A DNA stretch of 32,000 nucleotides from Alcanivorax sp. GTDB taxonomy: Bacteria; Pseudomonadota; Gammaproteobacteria; Pseudomonadales; Alcanivoracaceae. Made by a program: the position numbers and the translations under genes. Below are positions 1-8,112 of the stretch, one piece after another; the stretch's first letter is position 1; each line of letters opens with the position of its first letter. The notes below the pieces were generated by a model that was not told where the DNA came from, made no database searches, and saw only the letters and a program-made list of their open reading frames with translations. Location: positions 46,754-78,753 of the forward strand of contig JAIUME010000007.1 of assembly GCA_022565695.1 (NCBI GenBank). The letters run 5' to 3'.

Positions 1-201
1 GAAAAAACGTGCATCAACATTAAGTTCGAAAGCGAGAGCCTCTATTAGATCCTTGGTGGGAACTTTTTTGTCAGTGGTTTCAAGCTGATGAATATACTGC
101 CGGGTTGTGCCCACTCGTTCGCCAAGCTCGTTAAGAGAAATGCCCGATAGAAGCCGGGCAAGCCTCAAGTTTTCACCATTAAATGAGATTTTGTGTGTCA
201 T
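1..201 (-). CDS. XRE/Cro-family helix-turn-helix protein, N-terminal part only (runs off the window edge); the N-terminus looks like HTH-ImmA/IrrE (COG2856) fusion proteins
   Basis: Hand translation of the minus strand from ATG 201..199 gives MTHKISFNGENLRLARLLSGISLNELGERVGTTRQYIHQLETTDKKVPTKDLIEALAFELNVDARFF, a typical XRE HTH. It is absent from the ORF track because it is truncated. Its ATG overlaps the TGA of the upstream gene (ATGA). Confidence 0.75.
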   Translation of the reverse strand, partial: MTHKISFNGENLRLARLLSGISLNELGERVGTTRQYIHQLETTDKKVPTKDLIEALAFELNVDARFF

Positions 202-809
202 GCGCCGTAATCTTTGGAATCAGACATTTTGTCTTTTCTTGTTTTGGGCAGGGTTGCAGATGCTGGCGGAAGGTCTACCGGTGCGCTCTCGCTATTATTG
301 ACCGAAACAAGGTTCGCTGGAATGTTGAAAATTGGCACGATGCGAGACGCTATCACATCACCTGACTCGCTCATGCCAAAGAACTCAATGTTCGTTGTGG
401 AACCTTCCAAATCAGTTTCTACTGCATAGGCCCAAACCAGCTTTTCGGGAACAGGAAGGTTATCGAATAGCATTGAGCTTTGGCGTAATTCTGGATGTGA
501 TTGCGCGCGGCTGTAGATATTGCTCTTGGGTTTCTGCGCCATGCCTTTATAAAAGCTAAATTGCACGCTGCCAATTTGCCCGATAAAGCGAAGCGATGAA
601 TCAACGATGCTTAACCAATCGGTGTTTTTTGCTTGCCTCTGAATTTCGTTACAAATCCATGCATGGGCGCGACAGCCAATGCTCCAGCCGTTATCTCGCT
701 CTTCGACGGCATCCAGATTTTCAGCCCTCATTCTAGCAATCAATTGGCCAATGTGATCTATGCGCTCATTGGTTAGGCAAGAGTGTATCTCTGAAGGAAT
801 TTTGATCAT
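198..809 (-). CDS. hypothetical protein, 203 aa, no family recognised
   Basis: It is the only long ORF in this stretch. A 4-nt ATGA overlap with the downstream HTH gene implies co-translation. GC is lower (about 40-57% per 60-nt line) than the core genome. I could not identify any motif. Confidence 0.6.
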   Translation of the reverse strand: MIKIPSEIHSCLTNERIDHIGQLIARMRAENLDAVEERDNGWSIGCRAHAWICNEIQRQAKNTDWLSIVDSSLRFIGQIGSVQFSFYKGMAQKPKSNIYSRAQSHPELRQSSMLFDNLPVPEKLVWAYAVETDLEGSTTNIEFFGMSESGDVIASRIVPIFNIPANLVSVNNSESAPVDLPPASATLPKTRKDKMSDSKDYGA

Positions 810-998
810 GGGGCGATTCCTATCTACGGCAGCGATTTAGCACGATGGTATGGGCATATGGTTTGTTTTGTCAACCGATGGTGGTTTTGTAAATCGATAG
901 CTTGTTTGTCAACTATCCGCAGAGATCAATCACTTCCTACTTGCTTGCGCGCTGTTGGTGATGTAGCTGCCATACTGTCGAATTCCGGGCAGTGCTTC

Positions 999-1009
999 GG
1001 GGGGGGGGG
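999..1009. repeat. G11 homopolymer tract (C11 on the minus strand), intergenic
   Basis: Read directly: ...cagtgcttc ggggggggggg tagggag... It lies 7 nt downstream of the stop of ORF 1017..1283(-) and about 190 nt upstream of the start of the 203-aa gene. Confidence 0.95.
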
Positions 1010-1016
1010 TAGGGAG

Positions 1017-1262
1017 TCAGGCTGCAAGAGAGCATGCCGCGATGTTCATGGCAGAAGTGGCGACTTCAACGTTCGCCATTGAGTCCCGAATGCCTCCATT
1101 TAGGATGCAGAAAGCAGAATCGACAGCGGGGTCCTTGGCGACCGGTAGCGCGGCCATCATCGCGCTATAGATCAGCACACAGGGCTCCACCACCCATGCC
1201 CCGGAAGATGCGGCGAGTCTGAGCGGCGACCGCAAGTTATTGTTAAATATAATATTTGTCAT
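1017..1262 (-). CDS. small hypothetical ORF (81 aa from ATG 1262; the track ORF extends to 1283); possibly a gene remnant
   Basis: ORF-track protein ...MTNIIFNNNLRSPLRLAASSGAWVVEPCVLIYSAMMAALPVAKDPAVDS... It has a GC-rich body and an AT-rich 5' end. The start lies inside an inverted repeat. No family recognised. Confidence 0.25.
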   Translation of the reverse strand: MTNIIFNNNLRSPLRLAASSGAWVVEPCVLIYSAMMAALPVAKDPAVDSAFCILNGGIRDSMANVEVATSAMNIAACSLAA

Positions 1263-1382
1263 TTTTGTGACAAGTAAGTTCACAGTGGCATGACGGTTAC
1301 ATTACAATTCGCGCGCAGCCCCGGAGTGACGCACAGCTGCCGTGTGTGGCGCCTGGAAACGTCGGCGGAACAGAAGGCCTGA

Positions 1383-3131
1383 TTGATGGATTACTCGCTT
1401 TTCGATTTCCTGCAGCTGATCGGCGCTCTGGGCGTCTTCATCTTCGGGATGAAAATTTTCAGTGAGGGGCTGCAGAACGTCGCCGGCGACCGCCTGAAGA
1501 GTATCCTCAGCGGCATGACCCGCAACCGGGCCACCGGGGTGGTGACCGGCTTTGCCACCACCGCAATCACCCAGTCATCGACCACCACCACGGTCATGAC
1601 AGTCAGCTTCGTGAATGCCGGGCTGCTGACCTTTGTACAGTCCACGGGCGTGATCATGGGGGCCAATATCGGCACCACCATCACTGCCTGGATGGTGGCG
1701 TTGTTCGGGTTCAAGTTCCAGATCACACCTATTGCCCTGGCAGTGATCGGTCTGTTCTTCGCCTTTCTGTTCTCCAACAACAGCCGCTGGCGGAACATCG
1801 CCGAGGCCATGGTTGGCTTCGGTATCCTGTTTATCGGCCTGGAATTCATCAAGGGCTCGGTGCCGGATATCCACAGTAACCCGGCGATGCTGGCCTTTCT
1901 GGACAGCTTCTCTGACTATGGCTACCTGTCGCTGATCCTGTTCGTCTTTGTCGGCACCATTCTGACGCTGATGACCCAGTCTTCCTCGGCCGCCACCACC
2001 ATCACCCTGGTGATGCTGTTCGAGGGCTGGATATCCTTCCCGATTGCGGCCGCCATGATTCTCGGTGAGAACATCGGCACCACCGTGACGGCCAATATTG
2101 CTGCGATGGTGGGTAATGTGCATGCCAAGCGGGCGGCGCGGTTCCACTTCTTCTTCAATATTATCGGCGTCATCTGGATGATGGCGATCATGTATCCGGT
2201 GCTGCATCTGATGGACAGCATCCTGCAGATGACCACTGGCAGCACCGTGTCGATCATGGCGGGGGACGTTGAATCACGCTCGAATGCCACCTTGGCGTTA
2301 TCGCTGTTCCATACCACCTTTAATGTGCTGAACGTGGTGTTGCTGTTTGCCGCGGTGCCCTATCTGGTGCGTTTCGTGGAGTATATTCAGCCGGATCGTG
2401 GTGGCGAAGAGGATGAATTCCACCTGCGCTACATCAGCGCCGGGGTCATGGTATCGCCGGCGTTGGCGCTTGAGCAGGCGCAGAAGGAAACCCAGCAGTT
2501 CGCGACATTGGTGGAAACCATGCATGACGCGGTCAATGATCTGCTGTTCAACCCGGAGGTGGACAGCATCCGGGCCATCGAGAAGATTCACAAGTACGAG
2601 CAGGCCACCGACCAGCTGGAGATCGAGATCTCCGATTACCTGGTGCGGATCAGTGAGCGGACGCACCTTGAGCACCAGACAACCGAGCGTATCCGCTTTA
2701 TCCAGACCATGATCAACGATCTGGAGCGTATCGCGGATATCTACTATCAGATCGCCAAGCTGACCGAGCGGATGAAGGAATCCGGCTCCGGCTGGCCGGA
2801 GGAGGCCAGCCAGGAGATGCAGCTGATGATGGCGGCGCTGCGCGACGGCATTCAGTTCATGACCGCCAATGTGGCCAGGGTGCCGAGTCTGGTGGATCTG
2901 AAGCGGGCCATTGAGCTGGAAGACAAGGTCGATCAGCTGCGTGACCAGTTCCGGGATAATCATTTCACACGGCTGGAAAAGAGTGCCTACGCACCGCGCG
3001 CCGGGGTGATCTTCATCGATATTCTCAATCGACTCGAGCGTATCGGTGACCACGTGCTCAACGTCAATGAGTCCGCCTCGGGGCGCCGGCTCAAGGCCAT
3101 GCGCATCATTGGTGGCAAGTTGTCGATCTGA
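1383..3131 (+). CDS. Na+/phosphate cotransporter family protein (NptA/YjbB type) with a C-terminal PhoU-like helical domain
   Basis: 582 aa. The N-terminal half is polytopic and carries the duplicated motif of Na/Pi cotransporter II-related proteins (QSSTTTTVMTVSFVNAGL... and QSSSAATTITLVML...ENIGTT). The C-terminal half carries PhoU-like repeats (ERIADIYYQIA, LERIGDHVLNV). TTG at 1383 or ATG at 1386. Confidence 0.9.
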   Translation: MMDYSLFDFLQLIGALGVFIFGMKIFSEGLQNVAGDRLKSILSGMTRNRATGVVTGFATTAITQSSTTTTVMTVSFVNAGLLTFVQSTGVIMGANIGTTITAWMVALFGFKFQITPIALAVIGLFFAFLFSNNSRWRNIAEAMVGFGILFIGLEFIKGSVPDIHSNPAMLAFLDSFSDYGYLSLILFVFVGTILTLMTQSSSAATTITLVMLFEGWISFPIAAAMILGENIGTTVTANIAAMVGNVHAKRAARFHFFFNIIGVIWMMAIMYPVLHLMDSILQMTTGSTVSIMAGDVESRSNATLALSLFHTTFNVLNVVLLFAAVPYLVRFVEYIQPDRGGEEDEFHLRYISAGVMVSPALALEQAQKETQQFATLVETMHDAVNDLLFNPEVDSIRAIEKIHKYEQATDQLEIEISDYLVRISERTHLEHQTTERIRFIQTMINDLERIADIYYQIAKLTERMKESGSGWPEEASQEMQLMMAALRDGIQFMTANVARVPSLVDLKRAIELEDKVDQLRDQFRDNHFTRLEKSAYAPRAGVIFIDILNRLERIGDHVLNVNESASGRRLKAMRIIGGKLSI

Positions 3132-3357
3132 GATTGCCGGCTGAGCGTGAACGGCGTCCGGCATAGCGGCATGTGGCGTGTGGAATGTGGCGCTTGACGT
3201 CGACCGCGGGACGCTGGACGCTAGAGAGATCAGACCGGGCACTGTGCTGTTGTGCCGTCAGCCCGGCAAACCGCTGATCTGCAAGGGGAACTGCTTGTCT
3301 GCCAAGGCTGCCTCGCCCGGCGCTCACGCCGGCCTGGAAATAGACGTGCGTTGGGTC

Positions 3358-5100
3358 ATGCGTGAACTGCTGGATGAAGGCAGGGTCTCCCGCGAAGACT
3401 ACAACGTGATCTCCACGACGCCCCGCGAAAAGCAGGAAATGAGCTGGCACCCGTTGCAGGTGGTGGCCAAGTACCGCATTGCAGACCGTGGTGAGAAGGG
3501 CGGTATCCTGGATCTGGATCGTCTGACGGCCTGGCTGGCGGGGCGTGCCGGGCTGCCGGTGTTCCATATTGATCCGCTCAAGGCGGAGGTGGAGCAGATC
3601 ACCACGCTGATGTCCTATGCCTTCTCCGAGCGCCACGGCATCCTCGCGGTGGAAGTGACCCGCGACAAGGTGGTGGTCGCTTGTGACCAGCCGTTCCGGC
3701 GGGCGTGGGAAGAGCATCTGAGTCATGTGCTGCGTGAGCGTGAGCTGCAGGTGGTGCTGATCAACCCCGAGCACATGCGCCGCTATCGTATCGAATTCTA
3801 TAACCTGAGCCGCTCCATGGCGGGCGCCCGTGACCGGGGTGGCCAGAATTCCACTGCCGTCACCAACTTCGAGCAGCTGCTGGAAGTGGGGCAGAGCAAG
3901 GGTGCCCCCGATGCGGATGATCAGCATGTGGTGAACATCGTTGACTGGATACTGCAATACGCCTTCGGTCAGCGCGCCAGTGATATTCACCTGGAGCCAC
4001 GCCGGGATACCGGGCGCATGCGCTTCCGCATTGATGGCGTGCTGCACGATGTCTATGAGATGCCCGCTGCGATCATGGCGGCGGTGACCAGTCGCCTGAA
4101 GATCCTCACCCGCCTGAATGTCGCGGAAAAGCGCAAACCCCAGGATGGCCGCCTGAAGACCAAGACTCCCGATGGCGATGAGGTGGAGCTGCGGATCTCG
4201 ACGCTGCCCACCGCCTTCGGTGAGAAGATGGTGATGCGGATTTTTGATCCGGACGTGCTGGTGCGCAGCTTCGATCAGCTGGGTTTCTCGAAAGAGGATT
4301 TCGCTACCTGGCAGCGCATGACCAGCAACAACAACGGCATCGTGTTCGTCACTGGCCCCACCGGGTCGGGCAAGACAACCACCCTCTATTCCACGCTGAA
4401 ACTGCTGTCCACGCCGGAAGTGAACGTCTGCACGATCGAAGACCCCATCGAGATGGTCGAGCCCAGCTTCAACCAGATGCAGGTGCAGCACGGCATTGAT
4501 GTGGGCTTCGCCCAGGGCGTCAAGGCGCTGCTGCGGCAGGATCCGGACATCATCATGATCGGTGAGATCCGTGACCTGCAAACGGCGGACATGGCTATCC
4601 AGGCCGCGCTCACCGGGCATCTGGTGCTCTCCACCTTGCATACCAATGATGCGCCCAGCTCCGTCACACGTCTGATCGACCTGGGTGTGCCGGCCTATCT
4701 GGTGACGGCGACGGTGGTCGGGGTGATGGCCCAGCGGCTGGTGCGGACACTCTGCCCGCACTGCAAGACGGCGGTGCCCACAGACCCGGCCGCCTGGGAA
4801 GAGCTCACCAAGCCGTTCAAGATCAAGGCGCCGGAGCAGGTCTATCGCCCTGTCGGCTGCCTGGAGTGTCGTGGCACCGGTTATCTGGGGCGTATGGGTG
4901 TCTACGAAACCATGCCCATGAGTGCCGAACTCAAGGGTGTCATCAGCCGGGGCGGCGATCTGGAGGCCATCACCCGCGCGGCGCTGAAGGCCGGCATGAA
5001 GCCGCTGCGCATCAGCGGCGCACAGAAGGTTGCGCGCGGGCTGACCACAGTGGAGGAAATCCTTCGGGTGACGCCGCAGCAGGATGTGCTGTTGGGCTAG
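3358..5100 (+). CDS. GspE/PilB-family secretion or type IV pilus assembly ATPase (orphan)
   Basis: Walker A GPTGSGKTTT, Asp box, Walker B DPDIIMIGEIRD, His box GHLVLSTLHTND, and the tetracysteine motif CPHC...CLEC. The T2SSE N-terminal domain is present (HIDPLKAEVE...ILAVEV...VVVACDQPF). The start is uncertain: ATG 3358 is preferred, and GTG 3346 or the track start GTG 3178 are possible. Confidence 0.9.
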   Translation: MRELLDEGRVSREDYNVISTTPREKQEMSWHPLQVVAKYRIADRGEKGGILDLDRLTAWLAGRAGLPVFHIDPLKAEVEQITTLMSYAFSERHGILAVEVTRDKVVVACDQPFRRAWEEHLSHVLRERELQVVLINPEHMRRYRIEFYNLSRSMAGARDRGGQNSTAVTNFEQLLEVGQSKGAPDADDQHVVNIVDWILQYAFGQRASDIHLEPRRDTGRMRFRIDGVLHDVYEMPAAIMAAVTSRLKILTRLNVAEKRKPQDGRLKTKTPDGDEVELRISTLPTAFGEKMVMRIFDPDVLVRSFDQLGFSKEDFATWQRMTSNNNGIVFVTGPTGSGKTTTLYSTLKLLSTPEVNVCTIEDPIEMVEPSFNQMQVQHGIDVGFAQGVKALLRQDPDIIMIGEIRDLQTADMAIQAALTGHLVLSTLHTNDAPSSVTRLIDLGVPAYLVTATVVGVMAQRLVRTLCPHCKTAVPTDPAAWEELTKPFKIKAPEQVYRPVGCLECRGTGYLGRMGVYETMPMSAELKGVISRGGDLEAITRAALKAGMKPLRISGAQKVARGLTTVEEILRVTPQQDVLLG

Positions 5101-5144
5101 CGCGCCCTTTCTTTCTGCCCCGTCACCACCGACAATAGCGCCGC

Positions 5145-8015
5145 ATGACAACGTCACCTGATTTCACATCCCTGCCGGCCCCTCTGGCCGAGGCACTCTC
5201 TGCGCACTGGCAACGTTTTGCCGAGGCGGGCGGTGTGCTGCCCGATGCACTGGCCCCGGAACTGGTCAAGGCCTGGACCGGCTCTGACTATGTGGCCGAG
5301 CGTATGGCACGTTCGCCCGAGTTGTCCGCCTGGCTTGCCGAGCCCGGCCGGCTGAGCCAGCCGCTGGACGCTACCCGCCTGGCAGAAGAAGTCGATAGCG
5401 TGCTGGCGGAGGCCGATGATGACATCAGCCTGCAGGCCGGCCTGCGGCGGCTGCGCCACCGGCATATGGTACGCATCATCTGGCGTGATCTCTGTGGTCA
5501 CGGGGATTACCACAGCACTGTGGCGGAGCTGTCTTTGCTGGCGGACACACTGATTGATGCCGCCCTGACCCGGCTGTATCGTCGGGCCTGTGAGAAAGAC
5601 GGCACGCCCCTGGGGCCGGACGGCCAGCCCGTGCGGCTGGTGGTGTTCGCCATGGGCAAGCTGGGCGCCCGCGAGCTCAATCTGTCGTCGGATATCGACC
5701 TGATCTTTGCCTACGAGCATGAAGGGGATATCGAGGGCCATCGCCGTGGCATGAGCCATCATCAGTTTTTCGTGCGCCTGGGCCAGGCATTGATCCGCAT
5801 GCTGGATCAGGGCACCGCAGACGGTTTTGTATTCCGCGTGGATATGCGGCTGCGGCCCTGGGGCGGCGCCGGTGCCCTGGCCATCGGCTTCGATGCCATG
5901 GAGGGCTACTACGAAGAGCAGGGGCGCGAGTGGGAACGCTACGCCATGGTCAAGATTCGCGCGGTGGCGGGTGACACCGTTGCCGGTGAGCGAATGATCC
6001 GGCGCCTGCAGCCCTTTGTGTATCGGCGCTATATCGACTACGGCGCCTTCGCGTCGTTACGCGAAATGAAATCCCTGATCGAGCGCGAAGTGCGGCGCAA
6101 GGGCATCCAGTCGGATGTGAAGCTGGGCCCGGGCGGTATCCGTGAAGTGGAATTTATCGTCCAGGCGTTTCAGTTGATCCGGGGTGGGCAACTGCCCGGG
6201 CTGCGCCGCGCGAACTTGCTGGAAGTATTGCCGCAGCTGGTGGAACAGGCCCTGTTGCCCGAGGAGGTTGCCGAGGAGCTGCGTGACGCCTACGTGTTCC
6301 TGCGCAATGTCGAGCACCGCCTGCAGGCGGTGGCAGACCGCCAGACCCAGCGCCTGCCGGAAAACGAGGATGGCTGGGCGCGGCTGGCGCTGGCCATGGG
6401 CTTCCGCGACCGGCGCAGCTGTGAGCGTGCTCTGGCCCGCCGTCGCGAGCAGGTGCGTTACCACTTCAGCCAAGTGATTGCCGACCCGGAATCCGAGCAG
6501 CAGGACGTGGAAGGCGCCGATCGCGAGTTGCTGGATCTGTGGCTGGGGCTGCTGGATGACAAGGCTGCCGTGGCGCTGTTGGAAGGCGTCGGCATTGCCG
6601 AGCCCGAGCCGATGCTGGCGCAACTGGAGGCGTTCCGTGAAGGGCGCGCCGTGGCCAACATGCAGACCATCGCCCGGGAGCGGCTGGACCGGCTGATGCC
6701 GCGCCTGCTGGAAACCCTGGGGTATCAGCAGGTGGGCCCGGTGACCTGTGAGCGAGTGCTGGCATTCCTCGAAGCCGTCCTGCGCCGCTCCGCCTATATC
6801 GCGTTGCTGGTGGAAAACCCCCACGCCCTGACGCAGTTGGTCAAACTTTCCGGCGCCAGCCCCTGGATCGCCGAGCAACTGACCCGGCACCCGGTCTTGC
6901 TGGATGAGCTGCTGGATGCGCGCACCCTCTATTCGCCGCCCCAGCGCAGTGAGCTGGATGATGAGCTGCGCCAGCAACTGCTGCGGGTGGCCGAGGATGA
7001 CCTGGAACAGCAGATGGAAGTGCTGCGGCACTTCAAGCAGGCGCATCTGCTGCGCGTGGCGGCCTCTGAGGTGACGCAGGTGTTGCCGTTGATGAAAGTC
7101 AGTGACTATCTGACCTGGCTGGCGGAGGCGATTCTGCACCAGGTGGTGCAACTGGCCTGGAAACCGCTGGTGGCGCGCCACGGCCGCCCGCACCGGGAAG
7201 ACGGCCAGCCCTGTACGCCGGACTTTGTGGTGGTCGGTTACGGCAAGCTGGGCGGCATCGAGCTGGGGCATAACTCGGATCTGGATCTGGTGTTTCTGCA
7301 CGATGCAGACAGCAACGGCAATACTGACGGCGACAAGCCGGTCAGCAATGAACAGTTCTTCGCCCGGCTGGGCCAGCGCATCATCCATATCATCACCACA
7401 CGCACCATGAGCGGCCAGCTCTACGAGGTGGACAGCCGCCTGCGGCCCTCCGGCTCTGCCGGGTTGCTGGTGAGTTCGATGCGCGCATTTGAGAAGTACC
7501 AGCGCGAAAGCGCCTGGACCTGGGAGCACCAGGCCCTGGTGCGGGCGCGGGTCGTGGCCGGTTGCCAGCGTGCGCGCGAGCGGTTCAACGGCATCCGTGA
7601 ATCTGTCCTGTGCAAGCCCCGGGAGGTCGCCGAGCTGCGCAGTGAGGTGTTGGCCATGCGTGAAAAGATGGTCCAGCATCTCGGCAGCCGCGAGCGGGAC
7701 GGGCGCTTTCACATCAAGCAGGACCCGGGTGGTATCGTCGATATTGAATTTATGGTGCAATATGGCGTTCTGCGATGGGCCTCACAGCACAGTGACCTGA
7801 CCCGGTTTACTGACAATGTGCGGCTTCTGGAGACTCTGGCAGTACTGGATCTGATGCCGGCCCACGACGCCGGCCTTCTGCGGGAAGCGTACCTCGCTTT
7901 CCGATCTGCAGCGCATCGATTGGCACTTCGCAATGAACCCTCCGAGGTGGACGCCGGCGAGTTTGCCGAGTTGCGCGAGGGGGTGCGTGTTATCTGGGAA
8001 AAGTGGTTTGCCTGA
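5145..8015 (+). CDS. glnE: bifunctional glutamine synthetase adenylyltransferase / adenylyl-removing enzyme
   Basis: 956 aa with two nucleotidyltransferase modules (GKLGARELNLSSDIDLIF and GKLGGIELGHNSDLDLVFLH). The length and architecture are typical of GlnE. Confidence 0.95.
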   Translation: MTTSPDFTSLPAPLAEALSAHWQRFAEAGGVLPDALAPELVKAWTGSDYVAERMARSPELSAWLAEPGRLSQPLDATRLAEEVDSVLAEADDDISLQAGLRRLRHRHMVRIIWRDLCGHGDYHSTVAELSLLADTLIDAALTRLYRRACEKDGTPLGPDGQPVRLVVFAMGKLGARELNLSSDIDLIFAYEHEGDIEGHRRGMSHHQFFVRLGQALIRMLDQGTADGFVFRVDMRLRPWGGAGALAIGFDAMEGYYEEQGREWERYAMVKIRAVAGDTVAGERMIRRLQPFVYRRYIDYGAFASLREMKSLIEREVRRKGIQSDVKLGPGGIREVEFIVQAFQLIRGGQLPGLRRANLLEVLPQLVEQALLPEEVAEELRDAYVFLRNVEHRLQAVADRQTQRLPENEDGWARLALAMGFRDRRSCERALARRREQVRYHFSQVIADPESEQQDVEGADRELLDLWLGLLDDKAAVALLEGVGIAEPEPMLAQLEAFREGRAVANMQTIARERLDRLMPRLLETLGYQQVGPVTCERVLAFLEAVLRRSAYIALLVENPHALTQLVKLSGASPWIAEQLTRHPVLLDELLDARTLYSPPQRSELDDELRQQLLRVAEDDLEQQMEVLRHFKQAHLLRVAASEVTQVLPLMKVSDYLTWLAEAILHQVVQLAWKPLVARHGRPHREDGQPCTPDFVVVGYGKLGGIELGHNSDLDLVFLHDADSNGNTDGDKPVSNEQFFARLGQRIIHIITTRTMSGQLYEVDSRLRPSGSAGLLVSSMRAFEKYQRESAWTWEHQALVRARVVAGCQRARERFNGIRESVLCKPREVAELRSEVLAMREKMVQHLGSRERDGRFHIKQDPGGIVDIEFMVQYGVLRWASQHSDLTRFTDNVRLLETLAVLDLMPAHDAGLLREAYLAFRSAAHRLALRNEPSEVDAGEFAELREGVRVIWEKWFA

Positions 8016-8112
8016 TCGAGAGCGTGTCGGCATCCACATTAATTGGCAGGCTGGTCGGCCATTGAGCCGGGCCAGTATTCAACAGAACTGACTTTTCGGG
8101 AGTATGTGCGCC

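Noticed and set aside
3178-3357. 60-codon N-terminal extension of the GspE-like ORF from GTG 3178
   Set aside because: The extension (MWNVALDVDRGTLDAREIRPGTVLLCRQPGK...) has no resemblance to GspE/PilB N-termini and would give an over-long protein. A start at 3346 or 3358 is more plausible. The start remains uncertain.
3106-5157. 683-aa ORF on the minus strand, the longest antisense ORF in the window
   Set aside because: It lies exactly antisense to the GspE-family ATPase, whose sense frame carries unambiguous Walker, Asp-box, His-box and Zn motifs. The antisense product is Arg/Gly/His/Leu-rich low-complexity sequence. That is typical of stop-poor reverse frames in GC-rich DNA.
6057-7760. 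567-aa minus-strand ORF
   Set aside because: It is antisense to glnE. It has no recognisable motifs, and its composition (Q/L/H/R/G-rich) is that of a shadow ORF.
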